DNA of 53,017 bases from Trichomonas gallinae (taxonomy: Eukaryota): NCBI GenBank assembly GCA_008369845.1, contig MRSU01001383.1, positions 1 to 53,017 on the forward strand, in the 5' to 3' direction. Below the pieces are notes generated by a model. That model saw nothing but the letters and a program-made list of their open reading frames with translations. It searched no databases and was not told the DNA's origin. The position numbers and the translations under genes are program-made. Of the stretch, positions 28,359 through 39,212 are shown piece after piece (position 1 is the stretch's first letter; each line of letters starts with the position of its first letter).

Positions 28359-30173
28359 ATGTTTTCTTTCCAATACAACAAGGTCCCAAATGCATTAGTG
28401 TTCACTGTGCACTACGTAACACTCGCCGAAGAGTGTGACGAGTCATTTAAAGTGAAGTGGCAGCGTGGTGATAAATACGGAGAGACAACAATGGTATTTC
28501 CTGCGAAAGACAATGTTGTCCCTTTCGAGAAGCGTTTCACATGCAATGCCACGATGTATGTATCCAAGAAAGACGGACAAGTGCGTGAAAAACTGATTTC
28601 GTTCAAAGTTTGGCGTATATACCCAGATACTTCAGAAAAGCTGTTTGGCAAGATTACAATAAACTTTTCGAAATTCTACGGTATCGTTAATACCCTCCCA
28701 GGCACATACACCCTCGAATCTCCACACAGAAAGAAATCTCAAATCGTAATATCTTTCCGCCTTGTGCAATTCCAAAAAGGACTTACTGATATCACAGGAT
28801 ACGCCCTCTCTGAAGCAAACCTGACATCTATATCTGAAACAATGAGCATTAAAACAGATAATACGAATGTTTGGGATGTTTCAGAAGTTGTTCAGGACAG
28901 TGATCGTAAGATTCTCGAAGACTTCATGGCAACACAACACAGAGATAAAACGAAAGAGTCTGATTCCGGCTTAGCATCTTTCGCGGCAATGAGCGCGCAT
29001 CAAGTACAGACTCGATCGAGGGCTGGATCGATTATACACAGAACACACAATATGCAAAAGAATAAGAAAGGCGAAAAATCGGTAGACATTTTATCAGACT
29101 ATTTGAAATCAAAGCAAATTACAACAACAAACAAAGAAAACGAAGATGCATCACATCTTACAGAAGAAGGATCAATTACAGGCACTAAAGTATACTTAAC
29201 AATGCCAGCATCAAGAAACTTGATGAGGGCAGCTCTTTCTCACACTTGGCAAGAATCACCTATCATGGAAAGGCCATTCCCGAAGATTTCATCTGTGTTA
29301 TTCTCTGTAATCGAAGCGTCTCAAATTCTCGAAAAACTTCCCTTCAGCGAAAATGGATATGTTTCATTTACAAGGCGTTTCCTCGAACTTCTCGAGGAAG
29401 GTGTCATCATCAAGAACTCGACAAAGCTGGATATATTCGTTACAGTCGTTAATTTACTCGCTTTACTTCCGAAAATCTCTGACGCGCTTCCAGACCGTTT
29501 ATGCGATTTCAGAAGCCGCCTTAGTGATCTCGCAGAGCGTCTTCTCATACAAGAATCCGATAGCCAGTCAGAAAAATTATCATCTATCGCAACTTCATTA
29601 GAAAATACGCCGGATCTTTTCGAAACAGTCGTCAGCTCTTTTGTTGAAGGATACAAACAACTTAAATCACAAAATCTCGCTTATATCGAATTAATTTCTA
29701 TTTACGCAGTTAAACAGTTCGATCGTAAACTTGCACTCAAAATAATACGCAATCCAGCTGTTCTTATGTTCAGAAATGCTATCAACTGGAGCAGTTTCTG
29801 TACAAGAATCCGTGAAGAATGCGATTTAGAATTACCATACATTAAACAAGTCTCTCAAGTGCTTATGATGTCAGAACAACTGTGCCATGATCCTTTACTG
29901 CACAGAGATATTGCGCCAGATTTAGAATTGCCAGCAATTTTCGAAATTCTTAAGAACCAAAGATCTGATGAATTTGTTCCAGTTATTAACGATACAACAA
30001 AGTTTGTACAGATATACGAAACCGAAATCAAAGAATTAATTGATATCAAAATCGCAATGAATGTAAAAGTAATTGTAGATAAAATTAACACAGACGGATG
30101 GGATAGACAGACAGTGACGACAGAAGAAACTGTAGAATTCCCATTCACAAGAGTTCATTTCAATGTTGAATAA
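28359..30173 (+). CDS. NT-C2 (EEIG1/EHBP1-type) domain protein with Dilute-like C-terminus
   Basis: FKVKWQRGDKYGET...FEKRFTCNATMY...KLFGKITINFSKF is NT-C2-like. FDRKLALKII...IKQVSQVLMM...IAPDLELPAIFEILKNQRSDEFVP is DIL-like. Likely ATG at 28359. Confidence 0.82.
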   Translation: MFSFQYNKVPNALVFTVHYVTLAEECDESFKVKWQRGDKYGETTMVFPAKDNVVPFEKRFTCNATMYVSKKDGQVREKLISFKVWRIYPDTSEKLFGKITINFSKFYGIVNTLPGTYTLESPHRKKSQIVISFRLVQFQKGLTDITGYALSEANLTSISETMSIKTDNTNVWDVSEVVQDSDRKILEDFMATQHRDKTKESDSGLASFAAMSAHQVQTRSRAGSIIHRTHNMQKNKKGEKSVDILSDYLKSKQITTTNKENEDASHLTEEGSITGTKVYLTMPASRNLMRAALSHTWQESPIMERPFPKISSVLFSVIEASQILEKLPFSENGYVSFTRRFLELLEEGVIIKNSTKLDIFVTVVNLLALLPKISDALPDRLCDFRSRLSDLAERLLIQESDSQSEKLSSIATSLENTPDLFETVVSSFVEGYKQLKSQNLAYIELISIYAVKQFDRKLALKIIRNPAVLMFRNAINWSSFCTRIREECDLELPYIKQVSQVLMMSEQLCHDPLLHRDIAPDLELPAIFEILKNQRSDEFVPVINDTTKFVQIYETEIKELIDIKIAMNVKVIVDKINTDGWDRQTVTTEETVEFPFTRVHFNVE

Positions 30174-30195
30174 ATTTATTGTTGTTTGAGTTTTT

Positions 30196-30347
30196 TGACA
30201 CATAAAATTACTTTTGTCATGTAAATAAAAATATTTGACACATAAATAAAATACATGGCATAATATATTTTTGCCATGTAAATAGTATTTTTGCCATCAA
30301 AATAAATAATTTTGTCATGTAAAATAATATGTTGAGGTTATATGGCA
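30196..30347. promoter_or_regulatory. Phased TGNCA(T/C)(G/A)TAAA motif array
   Basis: Copies start at 30196, 30215, 30236, 30272, 30292 and 30313, with inverted copies at 30251 and 30338. An Inr TCATT follows at about 30355. Confidence 0.6.
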
Positions 30348-30374
30348 AAATATTTCATTATACGTTTTTTTGCA

Positions 30375-31010
30375 ATGGCTGATTTACCTTTTGCAAAGCG
30401 TGAACCTAGAGAGATAAAAATGCCAGAGCCAGCACCACAAGGCACATTTAGGACACTTGGCTTCAGTTTCAATCCAAATCCGCAAGTAGGTCCACAGAGA
30501 AGAATTCAATCTGGTTTATTAAGGCCGATGACAATGAAAGCTGAAGTAAAAACAATAGATTCCAGATTATCTCAACTAGATCGTAATAAAATAAACGCAT
30601 TCAACGAAAGCGGCTCTCGATTAGGCCCAGGAATTCAAATGTCGACCTCAGTAACATATGCAACACGCCATGGTTACCTCCCTACAAATTACAACACATT
30701 CTGGATCTCAAAACCCGAAGCAAATTCTGGACATTTGCCAGATCCGGACGAACTTTATCAGACATCCTATTTAAAGACTCCAGTCTCAGACATGGACAAG
30801 CAGATGCGTGCAGCCCACACCAGCAGCGTAATGGCAGAAAAAACGTATCACATGGATAGACTGAAGAAGCGCGAAGAAATGGACCAGATGACTACAGACA
30901 CAATAAATGAAGCGAAGATCAAAAGCTCACAGTTACAACGTGAAAATTACAATAAAGCTCTCGAAAATCGTCAAAGATTGCAGCGCATTAGATACCATAT
31001 CTTTGAGTGA
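30375..31010 (+). CDS. Hypothetical protein
   Basis: ATG 30375 lies downstream of the Inr-like TCATT. The ORF is 211 aa with a helical C-terminus. Confidence 0.8.
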   Translation: MADLPFAKREPREIKMPEPAPQGTFRTLGFSFNPNPQVGPQRRIQSGLLRPMTMKAEVKTIDSRLSQLDRNKINAFNESGSRLGPGIQMSTSVTYATRHGYLPTNYNTFWISKPEANSGHLPDPDELYQTSYLKTPVSDMDKQMRAAHTSSVMAEKTYHMDRLKKREEMDQMTTDTINEAKIKSSQLQRENYNKALENRQRLQRIRYHIFE

Positions 31011-31422
31011 ACTACACAAATTCATTTACGCATTTATATCGAGAAAGAAAAGATTTTTCATGAAAATACAATATTTTTGATTTCATTGATTCAAAAGTCT
31101 TCATCATAACGAATTAATGACTACAATTACATAATTGCAGCTTATCATATGATTCATTATCCTGCAAATGCGAGCGTTTTGATTTTATTTACAAATTTGT
31201 TATTTATCATCTTGTAAATGTTTGTTACTTACTAATATAGTCTTACTTTGCTTAAATCATATATCAAAAACAAGAAAAAAGGCGATTTTATTGTTTGAAA
31301 TTTTATTTAAGATTTTTTAGGCGATTTCGTTTGAAAAATAGAGTTTTTATGGTATAAAGATGCTGTTTTTGATGTTTAAAATGTAAATAAAAGTAAAAAG
31401 ATTTTGTCACTTTTTAGATTTT

Positions 31423-33879
31423 ATGAATGGTGAAGAAGATAAAGGAACAAGTAAGGAAAAGACTGAGGAAAATGCGCAGGAAGTCAAAGGCGTTTATACT
31501 CTAGAGTCTGAGACGCCATACTTGTTTGTACCTTCATTTTCAGAACCGATAAAGAAAAGTCCAGGAAGACCGCGTTCAGAAAAATCATTCACATCACAAG
31601 CGCCTAAAGCTGTCAAAGTTTCTTCAAAAGAAGCGAAATTTTTAGTCACTTTACCGCCCGCGCATATTATCAAGGACGAATATGGAAATTGGACATTGAG
31701 ATGCGTGTGCGGAGATTTGACAACCGACGGTTTTCTCGTTAGTTGTGATAAATGCGGAATTTGGCAACACGGAATTTGTGTCAATTTAAATCCTCATACA
31801 ATTCCTGAAAAATATCTATGCGAAAAATGCGGAAACAGACCAATACATTGTGTGTGCGAACAAAATCTAAATTACAGATTTTCGATATTAAAATGCTCAC
31901 AATGCGGATACTACTCTCATAGGAGGTGCGCTGGGCTTCTTTACGGTCCGATGCCCTCTGGGTCTTATATTTGTTCATTTTGCGGCAAATCTAGATTTAC
32001 ATATCCAAAAGTAAGAATTCCAGCGACAATACAGTTCGAAAATCTCACATTTACTTTCTCACAGGATAATATCGAAAAATTTAACCCTCAAGTTCTTTCA
32101 GGACCATTTAACGATTTTATCATGATTGATATTTACGAATCTACACTAACAAGACGAGAATTTTGCGAAGATTTATTCGATAGATTCAGAACATTCTTCT
32201 TCATCTGTCATCCGCTTTACGGATCAACGAAATCAAAGAAAAAACGCGCGAATTTGTTAAATTCTGTACTAAATATGGCAGAATACTTGTGTGACACTCT
32301 ATACAAAATAAATCACAGTTTATTTGTCACAATCTTCGATTCTCTACTCAATACAGCAATTTATAAAGCTCCAACATTTGTTACAAATAAAGAACCGGAT
32401 CCAGCCTTCGAAATGACGGAAAACTCGAAATTCGAGATACAGACTATGCCCTCTCCACAGACTTTCCCTCAAATGCCAATTCCGGCTCCAATCGAATTTA
32501 CAGAAAACGGAGCAGTGGCGGGATCAGATCTTACACAGGGCCAATTTGTCATGCACGTGTCTGGGTTATTGGGGGATATCGAAGAATTCGATTACGACAA
32601 TGGAGTAGATTCGGCGATTTATCAACTCGTTGGAACAAGATTCGTTTTAGATACAACACATTTCCCTGACCTCAAGATTCACAAAATTCCACGCTCAATG
32701 AATGGAAATTTAGTTTTAAAGCTATTTCAAGTTGGAGATAAAATTCACTGCGGAGTTTTTGTTGGACGTTCATCTCTTCAACCATCGGATAGCACAGATC
32801 CTCTCCAAATTAAAACCGGCGAAAATGTTTACTTAGGAATTGATTTTCTTCCAGCTTCATGCGAAGACATCTCAAAGTGGCTTTCTTGGCATCCTGGGGA
32901 CCTCCGCGATCCATCTACACATTCTACAGGCAGCAGGCCAACTCCAGAACAGCGAGAAACAACTGCAGCAATTAGATTCGCGGGCGAAATCCCTAAAAAA
33001 GAGAATAAACCACGAAAAACAAAAGCGAAAGATGACGATGCAGTCCATGTCAAGCGAAAACCGAAGAACAAACTGAAGGTTGCGAAAGATGTCGAAATCT
33101 CACTTTTCGACATGTTCGACATGGATGATCCAGGCCCTTTTCTTTTTCATGTCGGCGATGACATAAAAGTCGTCGAAGAGACAGCGAGGATCATCGCAGC
33201 AACTGTTCCAGCTGCTGGTCAGCGTGGAAGGCCGAGATTGCAGGGAAGGATAAGGAGAGCTTTCTCCTCGCCAGTTAAGCAGTCTGAGTCACCGAAAATT
33301 AAGAAGAAGGAGAAAAGCGGCAACGAAAGTGATGAAAACGATAACGAAAATGAAAACGAGGCAGAGAAGAAAGAAGCGGAAGAAGAGGAAGACGACAACG
33401 AAGAGGAAGAAAAGGCGAAAATCAGTATAAGTCGAAAGACAAAGAAAGAAGAAGAGAAAACAGAGGAATCAGAAGATCAAAGCCAAGACGAGAAAGATGA
33501 AAAGATCGAAGAAAAACCAAAAGAAAAAATTCATCAGAAAACTGAAGAAAAGTCAAAAGAAAAAGTACACAAGAAAGATGAAGAAAAAGTTAGTCAAAAA
33601 ACCGAGGAAAAAGTTGACAAAGTTGAGGAAACTGTTGAAGAGAAAAGTGCTGAAGAAAATGAAGAGAAAACTGAAGAGAAAGATGAAGAAAAAACAGAGG
33701 AAAGTGTTGATGATAAAACTGATAGGAGGACAGAGACGGAAACAGAAGAAGAAGTTCCAGGCTTGTTCTCGCAGGAATTCGAAGCGAAAATTGTTAGTAA
33801 TGTATCTAAGATCAAATACGACGGATTTGTGGTTGAAGATTCCGCAAAAACAATGCTCAATCTTATTGGATTACTATGA
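31423..33879 (+). CDS. PHD-finger protein with degenerate SET domain (Set3/KMT2E-like) and AT-hook-like motifs
   Basis: RCVCG...LVSCDKCGIWQHGICV...YLCEKC and a second PHD. The SET-like segment is AVAGSDLTQGQFVMHVSG...FVLDTT...IPRSMNGN...IKTGENVYL. GRPR motifs and an E/K tail. Confidence 0.88.
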   Translation: MNGEEDKGTSKEKTEENAQEVKGVYTLESETPYLFVPSFSEPIKKSPGRPRSEKSFTSQAPKAVKVSSKEAKFLVTLPPAHIIKDEYGNWTLRCVCGDLTTDGFLVSCDKCGIWQHGICVNLNPHTIPEKYLCEKCGNRPIHCVCEQNLNYRFSILKCSQCGYYSHRRCAGLLYGPMPSGSYICSFCGKSRFTYPKVRIPATIQFENLTFTFSQDNIEKFNPQVLSGPFNDFIMIDIYESTLTRREFCEDLFDRFRTFFFICHPLYGSTKSKKKRANLLNSVLNMAEYLCDTLYKINHSLFVTIFDSLLNTAIYKAPTFVTNKEPDPAFEMTENSKFEIQTMPSPQTFPQMPIPAPIEFTENGAVAGSDLTQGQFVMHVSGLLGDIEEFDYDNGVDSAIYQLVGTRFVLDTTHFPDLKIHKIPRSMNGNLVLKLFQVGDKIHCGVFVGRSSLQPSDSTDPLQIKTGENVYLGIDFLPASCEDISKWLSWHPGDLRDPSTHSTGSRPTPEQRETTAAIRFAGEIPKKENKPRKTKAKDDDAVHVKRKPKNKLKVAKDVEISLFDMFDMDDPGPFLFHVGDDIKVVEETARIIAATVPAAGQRGRPRLQGRIRRAFSSPVKQSESPKIKKKEKSGNESDENDNENENEAEKKEAEEEEDDNEEEEKAKISISRKTKKEEEKTEESEDQSQDEKDEKIEEKPKEKIHQKTEEKSKEKVHKKDEEKVSQKTEEKVDKVEETVEEKSAEENEEKTEEKDEEKTEESVDDKTDRRTETETEEEVPGLFSQEFEAKIVSNVSKIKYDGFVVEDSAKTMLNLIGLL

Positions 33880-34165
33880 TAAATAAAAAATTAATGTTTG
33901 TTTGGTATGAGAATTAACCTGAATTTTTGACGAATGAACTAATAACAGCAATTAATTCATGAGTCTGCTCCACTGATTTCATAGAAAATAATTTATCATT
34001 ATGCGAAATATTCGAAACAATGATATGTGATAATTATTCAAATACAGAAACAATATATTTTTCAAGATAAAAAAAATGTTTAAGAAAGTTTCAATTTTAT
34101 TCATAAAAATATATCAAATAATAACGGGGGATAAACAAATATAATTCTAAATATATCTATAATAA

Positions 34166-36622
34166 TTAATTGTGCTTCTTCTTCTGGATCTTGTTCTTCA
34201 TCTGGAGGAGCTCAGCTGGGTTGATTCTTCCTGGCTGAAGTGTCGCGAATTTATCGCTTGTACCACTCTGGCGCTTTCTGTGTCTCTTGACTGGCTTGGC
34301 AGCAGTGTCTCCTGTTGGCTCTGCCTTTATCGAAGAAGAGGAGTCAGCTGTCATTGTCGTGGAGTCAAGTGTGTCAGCTGTGTCAAGGGTCTTCTCGTTC
34401 TCTTCTATCTTTGTGTCGTCGAGTCCCTTCTTGATTGCCTCCCTGTCCATGTCCTTGCTCTTCTTCGCGTTCTGGAGGATGGAAGGAGCGACCTCCATCT
34501 CCTGTGTGGCGTGCTGGAGAAGCTTAACAATGAGTTTGAGGAACTTGGTGATCTGGAGTTTGATGAATTTGATTGTTGGGTCGAGCAATTGAATGCGCCA
34601 GAGGTAGTAGACCAAAGCGATGAACAAAATGAGGAACAGTGTCTGAAGTGGGTGCTCAACAGCAGAAACGAGCTTCTGGTAGCCTCCAATTGCAATAATA
34701 ATCCACATCCAGAGAGGAACAGTGTTTCTGACGATCATAGCCTCTCTAACTTGGACGGCCGAGATGTATGATTTCTCAATAGTGTCGTTAAACTCAGTTA
34801 AAATTTGTTCACGGCGGATTTGTGTCAAAATTTGTCTTGTAAGGATGTCGTTGATTGGAATTGCTGTTCCTGGCTCTCTCAGCTGGCTGTTGGCGAACAT
34901 ATTAAGGATGTGGAGACCGTTTTCGCGAGCAGATTCGAAAATTGCAGAAATGTCGTCATCTGGCTTCCAAACTCTGGATTTGTGGTTCTCATCTTGAAGG
35001 AACTTCTCTTCAAACCTGATGATCATCTTTTGCTGGACAAATTGCGATGCTGAAGAAATTTGAGAATCTGTTGATCTGTAGTACATGGAAGCAATCTTTG
35101 ATGATGGCTGACGATTAAGTGTGTTCTTCTTTAAGATATGAGCAATTTCTGACGTTGTTGTTTGAATTTCGTTATTCATTTCGCGGCGGAGTCTTTCCCA
35201 CATGTTATGTTCAGCAGCATCGAGATATCTGTTGATTCTCTCCTTGTATTCGATGTTTCTCTTCTCGAAAATTCTCAGTTCGAGATCTGCAACAGCTGAG
35301 TCGAGCCTGTTGATGATAACAGAGTTGAGCTGATCCTCGATGTTTGTGACATCAAACTGCCAGTTAAAATCAGTAATTGAGTTTTCTTCAATAAATTTGT
35401 TCAAAGAACCGATTGTTTCTTCTAGTTTTTGGACAGCGTTCTGCTCCCAGTTCGTAGACTTCTCGAGCTCAGCTGGAAGCTCGTTAATATAATCAGTAAA
35501 TTCTTTTTCTGTTTTATCTTTGAATAACGTGCAGTTCTTTTCGAAAGATGGGAATAAGTGCTGTGATATCCTCTCGACTAATGACTGGCGCTTCTCGTTT
35601 GCGATATCTCTCAAGTATTTGTTCGCATTTTGATTATATTGATGAATTGCGTCTTCATAAAGTTTCTGTCCGATTTCCTTGAAACCCTCGAATGGTTTAT
35701 CGTTGATTTTCTCAATGATGTTCTCATTGGCCAGCTTTTCGAAGTCTTTGAAAGCATTATTTGCAAATTCTTCGCATTTGAAGTTAGAAAGAGTTTTTCT
35801 CTGTGATGGAAGGTTGAGCTCGCGATTCTCAGAGATGGCATCCCAAACAGAGTGGATATATTGGCTTAAACCGTCTCCAGGGATTAATTTGCCCATTGGC
35901 TGAGCAAAGAAGAAGTCTTTGTCATTCTTGTCGGTGAATTTAGCTGCAAGCTTAGCTGCCTCTACCTTGAACTTGTCCGCTTCGAGTTTTAAGTGAGGAA
36001 GCTGGAAAAAGTGAAAAACGAAGAAATCGTCGAATTGCTTTCCCTGTAAGTTTGGCGGCAATATCACCTCACGCCAGATCGTTGCGAGGTCTCTGCGGAC
36101 TTGGCCTTCGATGATATCAGCCGGATGAGTAGAATCTCTGATTACGAACAGTAAATGGCATTTAGCTTCTTGTGAGGATGAGAAGAGCTGTAAGTTGACT
36201 TCGAAAACTGTCCTTAGGAGTGGCATGCTGCTTGCGTTGTAACGACCAATATCTTTTTCCCACATATTGACCATAACAACCTCTGAGAGTGCTAACCCGA
36301 AGAGGGCAGCCTTTCTCTCGAACAAAGCATCGGCGTCGCCTCTTTCTCTTGAGTCAGAGCCTTCGATATCGAAAATAAGTACGTTTTGATCGTTAAAAGC
36401 TGCGTGAATACCCTTTGTTGTCTGCTGTCTGCCTATTTGGTCGTTCATTGTCTCGAAAGAACAGTGAAATAGGTTGTTTAAAAGTGTCGATTTTCCGGAA
36501 CTCTGCGGACCGATGATAGAAAGCGTGTGATAATTCAAGCCGGCCTTCGTGATGCCGATGGAGTCGAGGTATCCCTCGAGTGTTTCGCATATTTTGGCGT
36601 TCTCATCAATAATCTGCGCCAT
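34166..36622 (-). CDS. SEY1: SEY1/RHD3 atlastin-like ER-fusion GTPase
   Basis: [56 protein letters not shown] and a C-terminal hairpin [15 protein letters not shown]. Confidence 0.97.
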   Translation of the reverse strand: MAQIIDENAKICETLEGYLDSIGITKAGLNYHTLSIIGPQSSGKSTLLNNLFHCSFETMNDQIGRQQTTKGIHAAFNDQNVLIFDIEGSDSRERGDADALFERKAALFGLALSEVVMVNMWEKDIGRYNASSMPLLRTVFEVNLQLFSSSQEAKCHLLFVIRDSTHPADIIEGQVRRDLATIWREVILPPNLQGKQFDDFFVFHFFQLPHLKLEADKFKVEAAKLAAKFTDKNDKDFFFAQPMGKLIPGDGLSQYIHSVWDAISENRELNLPSQRKTLSNFKCEEFANNAFKDFEKLANENIIEKINDKPFEGFKEIGQKLYEDAIHQYNQNANKYLRDIANEKRQSLVERISQHLFPSFEKNCTLFKDKTEKEFTDYINELPAELEKSTNWEQNAVQKLEETIGSLNKFIEENSITDFNWQFDVTNIEDQLNSVIINRLDSAVADLELRIFEKRNIEYKERINRYLDAAEHNMWERLRREMNNEIQTTTSEIAHILKKNTLNRQPSSKIASMYYRSTDSQISSASQFVQQKMIIRFEEKFLQDENHKSRVWKPDDDISAIFESARENGLHILNMFANSQLREPGTAIPINDILTRQILTQIRREQILTEFNDTIEKSYISAVQVREAMIVRNTVPLWMWIIIAIGGYQKLVSAVEHPLQTLFLILFIALVYYLWRIQLLDPTIKFIKLQITKFLKLIVKLLQHATQEMEVAPSILQNAKKSKDMDREAIKKGLDDTKIEENEKTLDTADTLDSTTMTADSSSSIKAEPTGDTAAKPVKRHRKRQSGTSDKFATLQPGRINPAELLQMKNKIQKKKHN

Positions 36623-37462
36623 TTAATTTTTTTTGTTTTTTTATTTATTAAACGATTATTTTCCCCTCAATTTTTTAGATAAAAAATTTACTTTTTCTTT
36701 AATTTCTCTTTTTAGCATTAGATTTGGGTATTTTAACGATTTTTATTGCTATTTCTGACGAAAAATGAAGAAAAACACTGCGATTTTTTAATTTGCAATT
36801 ATATTTCATCACAACAGGCATTTTAATTATTATTTTCATGATATATTTACAATACATAAATTATATTTTAGTCTTAACGACTTAGATATCGAATTATTTA
36901 ATTCGCAAATCAAAATTGTTATAATATGCATTCTAATTATTAAATTTATAATATGTTGACGATAGATATATTATATTTTAGTCATAATAATTCAAATTTT
37001 GATTTTTTTTTGAAATTCCCATGAAAACAAATAAACCCAAACATTATAAATAAGGATTGAAAACTGATGTCAACAACTTAAAAAATTGCAACGAAAACAA
37101 AAGAAATCAACAAAATATTTAAATATTTTCATGAATTTAGTTGGATTGTAAATAAAGCTGATATATATTAGTAGGTTTGAATAGATAAGTACAAAAATAT
37201 GTTCTTTTATTGTGTATATATATGAAAATCTACTAATAATTATCCATATATATTTTTAACACAATTAAAGTTCATGATTCAACATATTAGTGAGTAAGTA
37301 TTCGGAGCTTAACTTGTTCTTGCTTCAGAGCGTGCTTTTTTTTAATAGATAAATTTGTTTCGGGTTTAAGACATAAATAGTATGGAAACAATGTTTCTTG
37401 TTTGAATAAATCAAATAAAACATGATTTGTTCGGTTTAGAGCGAATCTCAAATAACAAATAG

Positions 37463-37693
37463 TTAATTAAGAGTTTCAATTGATTGCACTGTTGTCCCAC
37501 GAATAATACATGTTTGTGTAATTATAGGTGCTTTGTCATATGGTGTAAATATTTCAGCATCTCGAATTGTTAAATTCATAAAGTGATCAAAACCTGTTAA
37601 AATACCTTTAACTATTCTATCCTTGTTAAGTGTCACTTTAACGTCTTTTTGAATATGCTCCTTAAGTTCAGGATATGGTGGCTGCGCCTGCAT
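37463..37693 (-). CDS. SmG: Small nuclear ribonucleoprotein G (Sm-G)
   Basis: PELKEHIQKDVKVTLNKDRIVKGILTGFDHFMNL...IIRG, 76 aa, matches the SmG pattern PELKK.MDK...LNG.R.V.G.LRGFDPFMNL...VIRG. Confidence 0.9.
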   Translation of the reverse strand: MQAQPPYPELKEHIQKDVKVTLNKDRIVKGILTGFDHFMNLTIRDAEIFTPYDKAPIITQTCIIRGTTVQSIETLN

Positions 37694-37847
37694 TATAATT
37701 TATGACTAGTAAAATTGTTTACATGACAAATATAGAATCATTCTACTAAAATAGAAAATATATGTTATACAGCTTCTGCTTATAGACTCTTTATAGTTAA
37801 AAACATACATAACAAGTTTTATATATAAACAACAAACAAAATATAAT

Positions 37848-38669
37848 TTATTTATCGCGAGATTTCATCGAGTAATCTTGCTCTTCACTTCTAAGTCTAT
37901 TATGGATTTGAATGAATCTATCTAGAGGCACATCTATAGCCACATCGCTGTCTATATGATCAAATTGGAATCTTTTGTCACTTCTTGATGATTCGTGTGA
38001 TGAAACACGAGAGGATGTTTCACTTCTCTCTGATTTGCGTCTGTGTGATTTATGTTTACGCCTTTCAACAGAAAATTCGGAAAATATATCTGATTCAGGC
38101 TGCAATGGCTTGATTTCTGAAGTTCTAGGAGCATCTGTCTGTGTTCCAACATTTTGAGATGGTTTTGGAGCAACTAACTTTGAAATTAATTCAACTAATA
38201 AAGTTGGATTATCTGTATCGGAAGATGGATCAATTAACTTCATAGAACTCTTCAGCACACCGGATAAAATTATATAATCTTCGTGTTCTTTCATATTTGT
38301 CGTATTTACTATTTGCAATTGATTATTTTTATCTTGCAGCTGCATTCTGAGTTCTGTTAGTTGTGTTTGTGCTTCCATAATCTTTTTTTGCATTTCTGCT
38401 TGCATATTCGTCATTTTTTCTTTTGAAGTTCGATTTTTCAGATTTAATTCGACAACTTGGCTTAATAATTCGTTATATTGTGTTCTTGCTTGATCTGCTT
38501 GTTCTTGTAATTTCTGCATTCTTTCGCATTTTGATTGAATTTCGATTTCGATTTGCTCGATATGTTCCTTTAATGCATAATTTTCGGTCTCTAATTCTTT
38601 TATTCGACTATAAGCGGCTTGTAGTGCCGAAGATGAAATCGTACTATCAGATACAGACTGAGAATTCAT
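37848..38669 (-). CDS. Coiled-coil hypothetical protein
   Basis: Long Q/E/K heptad region and S/R-rich tail. Likely ATG at 38669. Confidence 0.82.
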   Translation of the reverse strand: MNSQSVSDSTISSSALQAAYSRIKELETENYALKEHIEQIEIEIQSKCERMQKLQEQADQARTQYNELLSQVVELNLKNRTSKEKMTNMQAEMQKKIMEAQTQLTELRMQLQDKNNQLQIVNTTNMKEHEDYIILSGVLKSSMKLIDPSSDTDNPTLLVELISKLVAPKPSQNVGTQTDAPRTSEIKPLQPESDIFSEFSVERRKHKSHRRKSERSETSSRVSSHESSRSDKRFQFDHIDSDVAIDVPLDRFIQIHNRLRSEEQDYSMKSRDK

Positions 38670-38859
38670 CTTTTTATCCAAAATTTTAAACCGAAAATTT
38701 TTATTTCTGACATGTAAACTTTCATATTGTCAAAAATCGTCATCAATAGCTTGTAATGGAGAGTGACTGAAACATCAAATTTAACACTGTAAATCATTTA
38801 TCTTCAAAAGTCAATGTATTGATATTTATAAATCTTTGCATATGACTACATATTTTGAT

Positions 38860-39170
38860 GAAAATGTTTCTGAAAAAGGTTATCATGTAGTTGTCAAATT
38901 CTTCATCCAAATAATACTCAACAATACGGCTTTAATTTGGGATTCATGAAAAAGCCATCTTAATTTCTAGGAATGTGTATCAACACAAAATGTTATAACA
39001 ATAATACTGCTTTGATTCATGCTTCAAATAATGACCATCATGAGATATCCAAACGCATTCTCTTGATTTTAAGAATAAGTTTCTGTCATAAATGTTATAA
39101 CACTGATATAGTTTTGATTGGTGCTTCATGAAATAGTCGAGTTCATTATTCAGAACTTGGAATAGATAAC
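38860..39170 (+). pseudogene. Degraded ankyrin-repeat relic
   Basis: The fragments SEKGYHVVVKF, NTALIWDS*KSH and INTKCYNNNTALIHASNNDHHEISK are broken by stops and frameshifts. GGTTATCATGTAGTTGTCAAATT resembles GGATATCATGAAGTTGTCAAATT at about 22820. Confidence 0.75.
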
Positions 39171-39212
39171 CACGAATTCCATAAAAATGTTTGACAAATA
39201 TTAATATTTTAT

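Noticed and set aside
37295..37345. Short GC-richer patch ending in a T-run (possible Pol III small RNA)
   Set aside because: No A/B boxes, cloverleaf or recognisable snRNA motif, and it is too short to support.
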